Positions 47,475 to 57,645 of a stretch of 64,000 bases of DNA are shown in pieces. The position numbers and the translations under genes were made by a program. The notes under the pieces were generated by a model. It ran no database searches, was not told the DNA's origin, and saw nothing but the letters and a program-made list of their open reading frames with translations. How positions within the stretch are numbered: position 1 is the first letter of the stretch; each line of letters begins with the position of its first letter. The stretch comes from an uncultured Desulfurococcaceae archaeon (GTDB taxonomy: Archaea > Thermoproteota > Thermoprotei_A > Sulfolobales > NBVN01), in the NCBI GenBank assembly GCA_964399035.1, contig CAYNPH010000009.1, forward strand, positions 73,846 to 137,845. The letters are read 5' to 3'.

Positions 47475-48443
47475 TCACTCTAATTTCTCAATGCTGACTT
47501 TGTTTAGGTTAACGTAGGGGGATATCTCGTCCTTAACCAAAGACTCATTTTCTCGTGAAGCGATAACGCTCACACTAGCCTTGAGTTCTCTCTGCACAAC
47601 ATCAACTAATTTAACGCATTCCACGGTTTTCCTGACGACATCCTTGAGCGTGTTCCTGCTTGGTGGTGTGGCGTCGACCACAACCTGTATCTCCTCTCCT
47701 GATACTATGTAGTCGGGAGCTGACTTACGTATGTCGTACACCTCTCCCCATTCTCTCAAGCGTTGTTCTAGTCGTGGATTGCTTAGTGCCTTACGTAGAC
47801 ATAACCCTAATTCACGTATTCGTTCCTGGATATCCTTAGCTATTATGTCAAAACTTATTGATTCTACGACGTCCTCGCCTACCACACTCACTAGTTTCTC
47901 GGCATTCTCAACCGTCACCATTCCTCCTTCTTTCTTGTATTTGAAGACCGTGCGTCTAGAGATGCTTGTAAGGTATGATAACTCACTAATGCTCATCATT
48001 CTCCTCCGCATTGCTTCGTTGAGCTTTTCTCTATTTACCGACAGATACAGCTCGCCCTTCTTGTAAAGGGCTATCAGCTCCGTTGGCTTGAGGTACATGT
48101 TCTCCAATGTCCTTTCATTCATTACATACACGCCGCTCCTCTCATATACGATATTATCGTAGAGCTCTGGATCATCGGATATTACCACTGGGACTGAGTC
48201 CAGCGCTAACGACGCTTTTAACATGTCGTGTGCTTCGTCCTTGCTTACGCTCGCGCCTGTCTTAACCCTAATTATCACGTCGGCAACGTCACCACCAACT
48301 GCTATGAGGTCTATGGACCTCTCTCTGTAGCTTGATGGAAAACGTAGTATTGTATATCTCTTCCCTGTGATTTCTAGAATATTAACTACCCTCTCCAGCA
48401 ACATCCTCAGCTTTTTCCTTCGGTTTCTTGACTCCCCGCTCAT
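47475..48443 (-). CDS. Archaeal putative transcription regulator with central HTH (COG1395-like)
   Basis: 322 aa with an XRE-like HTH, MSISELSYLTSISRRTVFKYKKEG, in the middle of a conserved archaeal architecture. Confidence 0.55.
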   Translation of the reverse strand: MSGESRNRRKKLRMLLERVVNILEITGKRYTILRFPSSYRERSIDLIAVGGDVADVIIRVKTGASVSKDEAHDMLKASLALDSVPVVISDDPELYDNIVYERSGVYVMNERTLENMYLKPTELIALYKKGELYLSVNREKLNEAMRRRMMSISELSYLTSISRRTVFKYKKEGGMVTVENAEKLVSVVGEDVVESISFDIIAKDIQERIRELGLCLRKALSNPRLEQRLREWGEVYDIRKSAPDYIVSGEEIQVVVDATPPSRNTLKDVVRKTVECVKLVDVVQRELKASVSVIASRENESLVKDEISPYVNLNKVSIEKLE

Positions 48444-48630
48444 TGTCGCACTAATAATTTATTATGTTATAAGCGTAAAAAGAAATTCCCTGACCTTAAG
48501 GAACACCTACGCGCACATATTATCTTGCTTGATGATCTCTAACTTGGAAAGTGGAGTATCGGGAGTTATGTTTAGTTTATGTTTAGTTATTATAAAATAT
48601 AGTTAAAATAAAACGTTAGATGGGTTCATC

Positions 48631-49335
48631 CTACCCTCTTTTGAATCTGGCGAATACCATCGCGTGGTCCTTGTCGTAAGGGTCTAGGTGCACGACGTCT
48701 ATTATTTCAAAGCCACCTTTAATGAGCGTGTTTATTTCTCTTTGATAGACTTCGTCAGGCTCTTTAGTTACGTCTATGCTTCTGGCCTTTATTGCTAGGT
48801 AGAGGTACCCACCATCACGCAGGAAGTACTTCGCGTTCACATTTACTATTGACGCCTGCTCGGGTTGTGCTACGTCAGCATATATTATGTCAGCATAGTC
48901 TACTATGTGCGCATACTTATTCGGGAACCTTGCGTCACCCAGTATTGGAATTATGTTCTTCCTAACTTCAGCCACCGTTATTAGTTCTCTAACCACTCTA
49001 GGTGCGAATTCCACGCTATACACTATACCCTTGGGACCTACGAGGTCGGAGACGTGGCTCGGTGTGGTTCCGGATCCTGCGCCTAAGTATAGGACGCGGC
49101 TACCCTCCTTAATTACTAGCTCCTTTATGCCCTTTAGGAGAGCAGCCGATAACTTGCTACGGTATGAGTTCCACTCTCTGTACTCCTCATCACCTATTCT
49201 GAAGAGCCATTCCCCGTAAACCTTCTTGCCTGGCACTAGATTCTTAGTAGCTAATCGAACCGAGCCATCCTCCAGCTCTACTATGTACACGCCCTTGTAC
49301 TGTGGATGCGGTTCTATCTTAACTACTTCCGTCAT
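48631..49335 (-). CDS. flpA: Fibrillarin (C/D box RNP 2'-O-methyltransferase)
   Basis: VYGEWLFRIGDEEYREWNSYRSKLSAALLKG, VLYLGAGSGTTPSHVSD and ADVAQPEQA are canonical. Confidence 0.92.
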   Translation of the reverse strand: MTEVVKIEPHPQYKGVYIVELEDGSVRLATKNLVPGKKVYGEWLFRIGDEEYREWNSYRSKLSAALLKGIKELVIKEGSRVLYLGAGSGTTPSHVSDLVGPKGIVYSVEFAPRVVRELITVAEVRKNIIPILGDARFPNKYAHIVDYADIIYADVAQPEQASIVNVNAKYFLRDGGYLYLAIKARSIDVTKEPDEVYQREINTLIKGGFEIIDVVHLDPYDKDHAMVFARFKRG

Positions 49336-49360
49336 GCGTGCTCACCTCCAGGAAGTAATC

Positions 49361-50611
49361 TCATTTTCTACGACCCCTTCTCCCTCTGAATTTCTTTTTA
49401 GGTCTAGGCCTTCTCCTGCCAAATCTTTCTCTCTTCTCCTTGGGACGCTGTGGTGGTTTGACATATAGTTTCTTTATCTCCTCTATTCTCTCCATTAATT
49501 CCTTCTTTAACTTATCCGCTATGAACCTTCCGGTGAAGTAATCTGCTTTAGCGGCTATCGCTAACTTCGTTGCTAGTGCGCGGGCAATCTTTCCGCGCTG
49601 CCATCTCGGTGAGGAATGTATCTCCGGGTACTGGAATATTATGCCGTGCTTCGGCGGCTTCCCACCCGTCCTGAGCGCCCTGAATAATGCTTTCTCAGCT
49701 CCTAGCACCTGTATCGTGCTGGCAGGCATCTTAGCGAGGTTTTCGAGGCTTCCTGCTAAGGAGAGTAGCCTAGCACCTAGTAATGGGCCTACTAGGGTCG
49801 TTATATTTGGGGCTACCTCCCTCATTACCTGGCCTATGTACTGCGTTAGTGTCTCTCTGAGCCTGCTCATCTCCAGCATTATGTTGGCTAGGGTCTGTAT
49901 TGGCCTTATATCGAAGTCCGAAAGTTCGGCACCGATACTCTTCTTAGCTGCCTTAGCTATCCTCTCTGCCTTCCCCTCGCTGAAGCCTAACTTCCTTAAC
50001 GCCTCCTTCGTTATGTTCTCCCTGCTACCTAACTCAGCAACTATTCTCGCGTAGTTAAGGTGGTCAGCTACTAAGTCGTCAAGCTCGGGGAAGTGAATGC
50101 TGTACCACTCCCTGAGTCTCGCCGCGAAGAGATTCAACGTCTTATCAATGTCATCTATAGCCCTTATCGCTTGAATAGCTAGAAGGTCCCGCTTCTGTGC
50201 AACCTTCCTTAATTTCATCCTCGTTATCTGCAATGAAACTTCATTAGCGAAGTTCACCCACTCCTCAACAGAGCTTATGAAGCCCCCCTCAACAGCTAGC
50301 TCAGCGATTCTGCTCCTTAAAGCAAGCACTGATTCGTCGCCTGGAGCTAACTCTATCTTAAGGTTTAGACCCCTTAGCGCTCTTGCATGCTCCTCGTCCT
50401 CGACGACGAACACTACTTCCTCCGAGTTCCCTAATTCCCTGGACAGCTCTAGGAATTCCTCTGAGGGCTTACCCTCCTCTATCGCTAAGGCCCTCGAGAC
50501 TAGTTGATTTATTTCCTTAACCGTAAATTTCTTCGCTACGGAATCACCGTCAAGTGCAAATGCACCTATGACAGTATCTATTACTGGTATTTTCCTCAAA
50601 CCACGCACCAA
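49361..50611 (-). CDS. nop5: Nop5 (Nop56/58) C/D box RNP core protein
   Basis: 416 aa with the NOSIC/Nop domain (LREWYSIHFPEL, GAEKALFRALRTGGKPPKHGIIFQ) and a basic C-terminal tail. It lies upstream of flpA, the conserved operon. Confidence 0.9.
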   Translation of the reverse strand: MVRGLRKIPVIDTVIGAFALDGDSVAKKFTVKEINQLVSRALAIEEGKPSEEFLELSRELGNSEEVVFVVEDEEHARALRGLNLKIELAPGDESVLALRSRIAELAVEGGFISSVEEWVNFANEVSLQITRMKLRKVAQKRDLLAIQAIRAIDDIDKTLNLFAARLREWYSIHFPELDDLVADHLNYARIVAELGSRENITKEALRKLGFSEGKAERIAKAAKKSIGAELSDFDIRPIQTLANIMLEMSRLRETLTQYIGQVMREVAPNITTLVGPLLGARLLSLAGSLENLAKMPASTIQVLGAEKALFRALRTGGKPPKHGIIFQYPEIHSSPRWQRGKIARALATKLAIAAKADYFTGRFIADKLKKELMERIEEIKKLYVKPPQRPKEKRERFGRRRPRPKKKFRGRRGRRK

Positions 50612-50750
50612 GCTGAATACATTATTAACCTATTTTAGGTTTTGCAGATAGTACGGCTACGCAAGACGTCGCTCAGCCCTTGAAGGGACATCGTTAGGGC
50701 GAGCCAAGCCTTTTAAAGGTCTAACTCCTCTGAGATACGGGCGTGAGAGA

Positions 50751-50945
50751 ATGCCAACGCACGGTTCGATGACTAAGGCGGGTAAGGTGAGGAGCCAGAC
50801 ACCGAAGATAGAGAAGAAACCTAAGAGGAACTTACCTCCTAGGGTACGGAATAGGAGGGAGTACTGGATTAGGAAGAGGAAGGAGGCAGGTCTTCCCGTA
50901 CCGACTGTAGTGCCTCCCTCATCAGTACCGCGCGGGAGCAAGTAA
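50751..50945 (+). CDS. rps30e: 30S ribosomal protein S30e
   Basis: [38 protein letters not shown] is the eS30 signature. A TATA-like ccttttaaagg lies at 50709-50719. Confidence 0.8.
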   Translation: MPTHGSMTKAGKVRSQTPKIEKKPKRNLPPRVRNRREYWIRKRKEAGLPVPTVVPPSSVPRGSK

Positions 50946-50964
50946 CACGCTTTCCGAGTATTGT

Positions 50965-50997
50965 CTAAGGACGTAATTGTTTCCTTAGGATCTTTTT
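50965..50997 (+). terminator. Hairpin plus T5 tract downstream of rps30e
   Basis: ctaagga (50965-50971) and tccttag (50982-50988) form a 7-bp stem, followed by ttttt at 50993-50997. Confidence 0.45.
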
Positions 50998-51033
50998 AAC
51001 TTAGGCTCACCTACTATTCTCAGGTGTTGCGAA

Positions 51034-52353
51034 GTGAGTGATAACCCCGAGGTAGGGGATTTAGTTCGTGTATATACGGAGTCTGGCTTAATACTCGAAG
51101 GCATTGTGATGCCTTCTACGGAGTTCAGCTCCAGTGAAGTACTAGTGATCAAGCTAAGCAACGGATATAATGTTGGGGTTTCTAGGAAGGGTGCTAAGAT
51201 AGAGATTCTACGCAAGAAAGCTGTAGACGTCGGGAAGGTGGCCCCACCAGGCACTAGCAGGATTTCCGGGAAAGGCTCCCTGAAAACATCCTTGATAAGT
51301 ACGGGTGGCACCATAGTAAGTAAGGTGGAGTATGAGACGGGAGCTGTGAAACCAGCTATCACGGCGGAGGAACTTGTGGAGATGGTTCCTGAGTTTCTGG
51401 AGAATTCCTCTCTGATAGAGGTTCTTGAGCTTTACCGAGTTTTCAGTGAGGATATAACGCCGAAGCACTGGAGTAGGCTAGCGCAGGAGGTAGCTAAGAG
51501 GATTAATGAGGGTTTCGATGCCGTAATAGTTGCTCACGGTACTGATGCCATGGCATTCACGGCGTCTGCACTTGCCTTCGCGTTACAGAACCTCCCCATA
51601 CCCGTAATGTTTGTTGGCGCTCAACGAAGTAGTGATAGGCCGAGTACCGATGCTGTGCTTAACCTCAAGGCATGCATGAGCGTCGCTAAGCATGCACCCT
51701 ACGGAGAAGTAGTTGTTGTCATGCATGGAACCACCTCAGACGAATACATACTGGTGCACCGGGGCGTTAAGGTCCGGAAAATGCATACCAGCAGAAGAGA
51801 TGCCTTCCAATCCATCAACGATGTGCCCTTAAGTAAAATAATCATGCCTGAAGGGAAATTCATTCAGCTAAGCAACACATACTTACCCAGAAAGAGAGGG
51901 GAGCTTCTTGTGAGGCCTAAATTCAGTGATAAGGTAGCATTACTGAAATTCTACCCCAACATGGACTGCACCCTAATAGATTACCTAGTCGATAAGGGTT
52001 ATGAAGGAATAATTATTGAGGGAACAGGTCTAGGGCACATAAGGGGTCCATGCATAGATTCCGTGAAGAGGGCATCCGAGGAGGGAGTCATCGTAGGTAT
52101 CACGTCACAGACATTATTTGGCAGAGTTAACCTCAAAGTGTACACTAACGGGAGAAGACTCTTGCAGGCCGGAGCTATACCGCTTTCTGACATGCTTCCC
52201 GAGACCGCATATGTTAAACTTTCATGGATCATAGGTAACTTCCCGGACACCGAGAGGAGAGAGCGTGTAGAGATGTTGACCAGGAACATGGTTTTCGAGA
52301 TAAACCCCGTTCACGACATGAGGCATTACCCGAGGTGGTACCATGGAGATTGA
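51034..52353 (+). CDS. gatD: Glutamyl-tRNA(Gln) amidotransferase subunit D
   Basis: 439 aa with an asparaginase-like core (LISTGGTI, VAHGTDAMAFTA). GTG start. It overlaps gatE by 11 nt. Confidence 0.9.
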   Translation: MSDNPEVGDLVRVYTESGLILEGIVMPSTEFSSSEVLVIKLSNGYNVGVSRKGAKIEILRKKAVDVGKVAPPGTSRISGKGSLKTSLISTGGTIVSKVEYETGAVKPAITAEELVEMVPEFLENSSLIEVLELYRVFSEDITPKHWSRLAQEVAKRINEGFDAVIVAHGTDAMAFTASALAFALQNLPIPVMFVGAQRSSDRPSTDAVLNLKACMSVAKHAPYGEVVVVMHGTTSDEYILVHRGVKVRKMHTSRRDAFQSINDVPLSKIIMPEGKFIQLSNTYLPRKRGELLVRPKFSDKVALLKFYPNMDCTLIDYLVDKGYEGIIIEGTGLGHIRGPCIDSVKRASEEGVIVGITSQTLFGRVNLKVYTNGRRLLQAGAIPLSDMLPETAYVKLSWIIGNFPDTERRERVEMLTRNMVFEINPVHDMRHYPRWYHGD

Positions 52354-54277
52354 CTATAAGGCGCTAGGTCTGAGGGTAGGGCTTGAAATACATCAGCAAC
52401 TTGATACTAAGCACAAGCTCTTCTGCTCATGCCCCACAGCACTCTCAAGCGATAACATCCCTGAAACTACGATCACCCGCTACCTCAGGGTAGCGAAGAG
52501 CGAGGTAGGGGAGATAGACCCTGCTGCCCTCTACGAGATGAGGAAGGGACGAAGGATAATATACCACGTTCCACAAGGCCACGCATGCATGGTTGAGACG
52601 GATGAGGAGCCCCCTCACGACCTCAACAGGGAGGCGGTAATCATCACTCTAGCTGTGGCAAAGGCGCTTCACTCAACACCTGTTGATGAAATCTACGTTA
52701 TGCGTAAGATCGTGATAGATGGCTCAAACACTACGGGATTCCAGCGAACTGCCATAGTGGCGTTAGGGGGCTACGTAGATGATGAGGAGGGACGCGTAGG
52801 GATACAGACGATATGCTTGGAGGAGGACGCCGCAAGGAAGGTTGGTGAAGGGCCGGGCTACGTGGAATATAACCTCGATAGGCTAGGCATACCCTTAATC
52901 GAGATATCCACAAGCCCCGACATACATTCACCAGAGCAGGCAATGCGGGTAGCTCTCAAGATAGGTATGCTCCTACGACTAACCGGTAAGGTTAAGCGCG
53001 GGTTGGGAACCATAAGGCAGGATCTTAACATATCAATCTCAGGCGGGGTAAAGACCGAGGTGAAGGGCGTAAGTAAGCTCGAGCTAATACCGAAGATAGT
53101 GGAGTACGAGGTAATGCGTCAATTAAAACTTCTTGAGATTAAAGAAGAGCTTGCCAGAAGAGGTGTGCGCGAGGAGGAGCTAACCTACGAGTTCATCGAC
53201 GTCACGGGAATCCTCAAGGACGTCAAGACCAGGTTTATACAGCGAGCCATTAAGAGGGGGGCAAGAGCACTTGCTGTGAGGCTCAAAGGCTTCGGAGGTC
53301 TATTAGGCATGGAGGTACAACCATCGCGCCGTTTCGGCACTGAACTATCAGACTACGCTAAAGCGTGGGGTGGTGTTGGGGGTATAATACATAGTGATGA
53401 GCTACCAGCTTACGGAATAAGCGAGGAGATCAAGGATAAGCTCTTCAAAGTCCTTGGGCTCGACCCCCAGAGGGACGCGTATGCCATAGTGGTCGCTGAT
53501 AAGGAGAAGTGTGAACGAGCGCTGAGAGCATTAGTCGATAGGGCTAGGTATGCACTCAAGGGAATACCCCCCGAGACACGTGGGGCGAATCCCGACGGCA
53601 CCACTAGGTACTTACGTCCACAGCCAGGCGCTGCCCGCATGTACCCGGAAACCGACGTGCCTCCGTTAAGGTTAGCCGCGGACATTCTTAAAGAAGCAGA
53701 TAAACTAAAGCCAAAAACACCCGAAGAAGTTCTGGAGGAACTCATCAAGGATCACGGGCTTAGTAAGGAGCTAGCGCACCAGCTAATAAAGGACCCTGCC
53801 TTCACGACCTACCTTGATCTTCTAAGGGAGCTTCATGGTAAAGTACATCCGCAGATCATAGCTTCAACGCTACTCATTCACCTGAAGGCCCTTAAGTCAG
53901 AAGGCTTAGACGTGAGTAAAGTATCCTTCAAGGACCTAGTCACAGTACTATCCAAGGTTGGCGAGGGATGCATAGCGAAGGAAGCTATCCCTGAGGTACT
54001 AGCAGAATACTTAAGCTCAGGAGCACCCATTGAAGAAATCCTACGGAAGTATGAGAGCTTACCAGATGAGGAACTCCTCACGATAATTAACGAAGTGATT
54101 AACAATAATGCCCAAACGGTATGTGTCCGGGGAACTAGGGCGTTTGGGCTTGTTATGGGAAAGGTAATGTCTAAAGTCAGGGGTAGGGTGGATGGCAGCA
54201 AGGTTGCTCAATTAGTTAAGAAATTACTGGACAAATACATTAGTGAGCACTGCGGCAATAACGTCACTGCTCAATAA
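52343..54277 (+). CDS. gatE: Glutamyl-tRNA(Gln) amidotransferase subunit E
   Basis: 644 aa. GLEIHQQLDTKHKLFCSCP, DRLGIPLIEISTSPD and the GatB/YqeY-like C-terminus are typical. Confidence 0.9.
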   Translation: MEIDYKALGLRVGLEIHQQLDTKHKLFCSCPTALSSDNIPETTITRYLRVAKSEVGEIDPAALYEMRKGRRIIYHVPQGHACMVETDEEPPHDLNREAVIITLAVAKALHSTPVDEIYVMRKIVIDGSNTTGFQRTAIVALGGYVDDEEGRVGIQTICLEEDAARKVGEGPGYVEYNLDRLGIPLIEISTSPDIHSPEQAMRVALKIGMLLRLTGKVKRGLGTIRQDLNISISGGVKTEVKGVSKLELIPKIVEYEVMRQLKLLEIKEELARRGVREEELTYEFIDVTGILKDVKTRFIQRAIKRGARALAVRLKGFGGLLGMEVQPSRRFGTELSDYAKAWGGVGGIIHSDELPAYGISEEIKDKLFKVLGLDPQRDAYAIVVADKEKCERALRALVDRARYALKGIPPETRGANPDGTTRYLRPQPGAARMYPETDVPPLRLAADILKEADKLKPKTPEEVLEELIKDHGLSKELAHQLIKDPAFTTYLDLLRELHGKVHPQIIASTLLIHLKALKSEGLDVSKVSFKDLVTVLSKVGEGCIAKEAIPEVLAEYLSSGAPIEEILRKYESLPDEELLTIINEVINNNAQTVCVRGTRAFGLVMGKVMSKVRGRVDGSKVAQLVKKLLDKYISEHCGNNVTAQ

Positions 54278-54863
54278 CCTTCTTCAATTCCTCCATGAAC
54301 TCCCTGTTTTCCTCTAAGGTCTTAGCAAGTCTACGAGCATGCATTGTGCTAATTCCGGACTTCTCGGCGACCTCCTTGGCATTAATTCTCCTTCCTGTCA
54401 AGAGCATTAACGCCATCAAAGCTAACGCTACCTTAGCACGGTCCGTCCTGGAAGACAATCTGGGGAAGCGCAACATTACCTCTAGTATTAGTCTAACCTT
54501 AGGATCTTTCAACAGCATCTGAACGTTCTGCGGGTTCCTCTTAAATATCTTGACGGGCGGTCCTTCCCCGTCAACATATCTCCTTAATTGCTCAGAGTCT
54601 ATAACTATGTTCTTTAATCTTTTACTTCTCTTGACCTTGTCTATTAGCTTTAGGTACTCTGACGTGTACTTCGTTATGGTGACCCGCCTGCTTCCGTGCC
54701 TTTTGTGGGTGCGGGTCCTTGCAGGCTCCTGCATGAGTTCTTGACTAATGTGCTGCTCGGTAACGTATATTCTCTCAAGAACCGTACCACACGACGCACA
54801 GATAACATCGCCTCTCACATAGTCCCAAACAATATTATTAGATCCGCAGTATGGACACCTCAT
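54264..54863 (-). CDS. Truncated TFB paralogue (intact TFIIB Zn ribbon plus one helical/cyclin-like domain; TFB3-like architecture)
   Basis: MRCPYCGSNNIVWDYVRGDVICASCGTVLE is a complete CxxC...CxxC ribbon. Only about 165 further residues follow, ending in an HTH-like INAKEVAEKSGISTMHARRLAKTL. Start taken at ATG 54863; the ORF-track start at 54968 is probably an overextension. Confidence 0.65.
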   Translation of the reverse strand: MRCPYCGSNNIVWDYVRGDVICASCGTVLERIYVTEQHISQELMQEPARTRTHKRHGSRRVTITKYTSEYLKLIDKVKRSKRLKNIVIDSEQLRRYVDGEGPPVKIFKRNPQNVQMLLKDPKVRLILEVMLRFPRLSSRTDRAKVALALMALMLLTGRRINAKEVAEKSGISTMHARRLAKTLEENREFMEELKKVIEQ

Positions 54864-54989
54864 ATTCCTTACCGCGCAGTGGTCGAGGGTATTACTCTTT
54901 CTTATTTGCTGGGTTGCTAATCTATGGTGTGAGGGAGAGCTCTGTGAAACTTTTATTCCGGATCCCATGGATTGGGAGGTGGGTACTCC

Positions 54990-56138
54990 ATGTCAGTAAT
55001 GGTGGGGTTTCTTGTTAATCCAATTGCCGGTATGGGAGGCTCTGTAGGGTTAAAGGGGACTGACGGCATGCTATATGTTGAGGCGGTAAGGAAAGGGGCA
55101 ACACCCGTAGCTCCCTCGCGTGCGTTACGTTTTCTCAAGCACTTACGTCAAGCAGGGTTTAACCACGGTTTACTCGTAGCTGGCGGGGTCATGGGCTGTA
55201 AGTATTTGAGGCAAATCCCTTCCCTACAGTATAAGTGTTTAAGCTATCCTCCAGAGTCACAGGAGAAAACTTCCAGCACAGACACAAAGGCTGTCGTAAA
55301 GATGATGTTAGAACACGGGATTGATCTTTTAGTATTTGTGGGTGGGGATGGAACTGCTAGGGATGTTGTGGAGGTTCTTGACTGTGAGGTACCTGTGTTA
55401 GGTATACCCTCGGGCGTTAAGATGTATTCAGGAATCTTCGCTGCATCCCCTGAAGCAGCTGCTGAGCTGGTGACAATGTTTTGTGAGGGCAACACTGTGC
55501 TTGATTACGCTGACGTTGCCGACATTGATGAGGGCTCCTTGCGGGTAGGGGAACTTAAAGTTAGGAAGTATTTTAGAGCAATTACGGTACGTGCAGACGG
55601 TCTCAGCGTTCGGAGTAAGGATTTCGGGGCTTCGGGCTCCTCCGAGGAGAAGTATGCGCTGGCTGAATACTTCATTGAGGAGTACCTTCGTGACGGCATT
55701 CTCTACCTGCTTGGCCCCGGGTCCACCGTAAAGGCTATAACAGACGTGCTGGGACTTCCGAAGACTATCTTGGGTGTTGATGCGTTGTTCAATAGATTAA
55801 TAATTGCCAAGGATTTAGGGTACCGTGAAATCCTTAACCTATTGAATTCATTTGCTCAAGCCAGAATAGTTGTGACGGTAATTGGAGGGCAAGGGTACCT
55901 GTTTGGGCGAGGCAATCAGCAGTTCACCCCCGAGGTTATATGGCGCGTTGGTAGGGACAATATTCTCGTGCTGGCGACCAAGACCAAGCTAAGAGGATTA
56001 AAATACCTGTTAGTGGACACCGGAGATCCCAAGCTGGATGCTGAGTTAAGTGGGTATATACGAGTTATAACTGGTTACAGGGAAGAAACTATGATGCGTG
56101 TAGTACCTGCTAGTAATCCGACGTTACTTACCTGTTGA
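54990..56138 (+). CDS. ATP-NAD kinase-like protein (COG3199 family)
   Basis: MSVMVGFLVNPIAGMGGSVGLKGTDG and VFVGGDGTARDV (GGDGT motif). A GGAGGTG motif lies upstream of ATG 54990. Confidence 0.65.
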   Translation: MSVMVGFLVNPIAGMGGSVGLKGTDGMLYVEAVRKGATPVAPSRALRFLKHLRQAGFNHGLLVAGGVMGCKYLRQIPSLQYKCLSYPPESQEKTSSTDTKAVVKMMLEHGIDLLVFVGGDGTARDVVEVLDCEVPVLGIPSGVKMYSGIFAASPEAAAELVTMFCEGNTVLDYADVADIDEGSLRVGELKVRKYFRAITVRADGLSVRSKDFGASGSSEEKYALAEYFIEEYLRDGILYLLGPGSTVKAITDVLGLPKTILGVDALFNRLIIAKDLGYREILNLLNSFAQARIVVTVIGGQGYLFGRGNQQFTPEVIWRVGRDNILVLATKTKLRGLKYLLVDTGDPKLDAELSGYIRVITGYREETMMRVVPASNPTLLTC

Positions 56139-57645
56139 CGTTTCTCTTAATGTACTTGTATGTAGGCGCTAACGTCCTTGGGTGATTAGCCCTCAGTGCG
56201 TCTAGTCGTCTCACTGACGTGTTTTTAGGTGCTTCCTTTAACTTGCCTGGGTCCTCGTACGCTTGGCGTATAATATCCTTGTACGCACTTATCACTTCGT
56301 CTATGGTTCTTTTACTTTCACTTTCCGTGAATTCCACCATATGTGCTTCAGGGACTGTGAGGGGGAAGTATATTGTTGGGGCATGTATTCCTCTATCTAG
56401 CAGGGCTTTCGCTACGTCCTCCGCGCTCACGCCGGTCTCCCGATGAAGGCCCTCAAAACTTATTACGACCTCGTGTTTCCTCCAGCGTTCACGCCCGTAG
56501 ATCAGGTCGACTCCGGGAAGTTCCTTAACCTTCTTCATAAAGTAGTTGGTGTTTAACACAGCTACCTCAGCTACCTCACGTATTTCGGGACCTAACATCA
56601 TTAAGTATATGAATGATTTCACAGCTGGCACGATATTGCCATAGAACCACGTTATCCTTCCTATACTTCTCCTGATATTATAGTCTAGGTAATACCTGCT
56701 TCCCTCCCTCCTTACTAGTGGTTTGGGCAGGTAGTCAGCAAGTTCCTTCTTAACGCATATAGCACCCGCTCCTGGACCACCGCCGCCGTGAGGTGCCGCG
56801 AATGTCTTGTGTAGGTTTAAGTGGACGATGTCGAACCCCATGTCGCCTGGCCTAGCTATACCTAGTATGCCGTTTAGGTTTGCTCCATCGTAGTAAAGGA
56901 GCCCTCCTTTAGAGTGTATCAGGTCGGATATCTCCGTTATTTTCTCCTCAAACAGTCCAAGTGTGCTTGGGTTCGTTAGCATTATTCCTGCCGTTCTGTC
57001 GGAGACCGCGGTCTTCAACGCGTTTAGGTCCGTATTTCCCCTTTCGTCTGTAGGTATGCGTACTACTTTGAAGCCTGCCATGGCAGCGCTGGCTGGGTTT
57101 GTTCCGTGCGCGCTTTCAGGTATTAGGATTTCGTCCTTATGCGTGTATCCCCTATCCCGCAGGTATTCCCTAATTATCAGTACGCCGGCCAACTCACCTG
57201 CTGCCCCTGCCGGGGGGTGTAGGGAGCATACATCCATACCAGTTAACTCAGCTAGCCACTCTTGCAGGGTGTAAAGCATTTCTAGTAGTCCTTGTAGGTG
57301 CTCCTCACTCATGTAGGGATGGGCATACGTTATCCTGTCGTCGTTGGCTAGGTCCTCGCAAATCTTAGGGTTGTACTTCATCGTGCATGAACCGAGTGGA
57401 ACTACACCTACGTCTATCCCGTAGGACATTTGAGTTAATCGGGTGTAATGCCGTACAACTTCAGGCTCGCTGAGGTTAGGTATGTTAGGATCTTTCTCTC
57501 GAACAATGTCCTGCGTTGCTTCAGTGAGGGTTTCCTTACCTAGATTAGCGAAGTAATCGTCTCCTAGCTGGAATGTTTCCCTGTCTTGATCAGAGGTTAA
57601 TTCGAATATTAGTGGTTCGTTCCAACGTGCCTGCCTGTACTTCAT
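56128..57645 (-). CDS. gcvPB: Glycine dehydrogenase (decarboxylating) subunit 2
   Basis: 505 aa. GSCTMKYNP and the PLP-lysine context HLNLHKTFAAPHGGGGPG are canonical. Confidence 0.92.
   Translation of the reverse strand: MKYRQARWNEPLIFELTSDQDRETFQLGDDYFANLGKETLTEATQDIVREKDPNIPNLSEPEVVRHYTRLTQMSYGIDVGVVPLGSCTMKYNPKICEDLANDDRITYAHPYMSEEHLQGLLEMLYTLQEWLAELTGMDVCSLHPPAGAAGELAGVLIIREYLRDRGYTHKDEILIPESAHGTNPASAAMAGFKVVRIPTDERGNTDLNALKTAVSDRTAGIMLTNPSTLGLFEEKITEISDLIHSKGGLLYYDGANLNGILGIARPGDMGFDIVHLNLHKTFAAPHGGGGPGAGAICVKKELADYLPKPLVRREGSRYYLDYNIRRSIGRITWFYGNIVPAVKSFIYLMMLGPEIREVAEVAVLNTNYFMKKVKELPGVDLIYGRERWRKHEVVISFEGLHRETGVSAEDVAKALLDRGIHAPTIYFPLTVPEAHMVEFTESESKRTIDEVISAYKDIIRQAYEDPGKLKEAPKNTSVRRLDALRANHPRTLAPTYKYIKRNVNR

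Noticed and set aside
48567-48586. Tandem duplication tatgtttagt x2 in the spacer upstream of the COG1395 regulator gene. It was considered as a CRISPR or micro-satellite signal.
   Set aside because: It has only two 10-nt copies in an AT-rich promoter region. No repeat-spacer periodicity exists anywhere in the window, so there is no CRISPR array.
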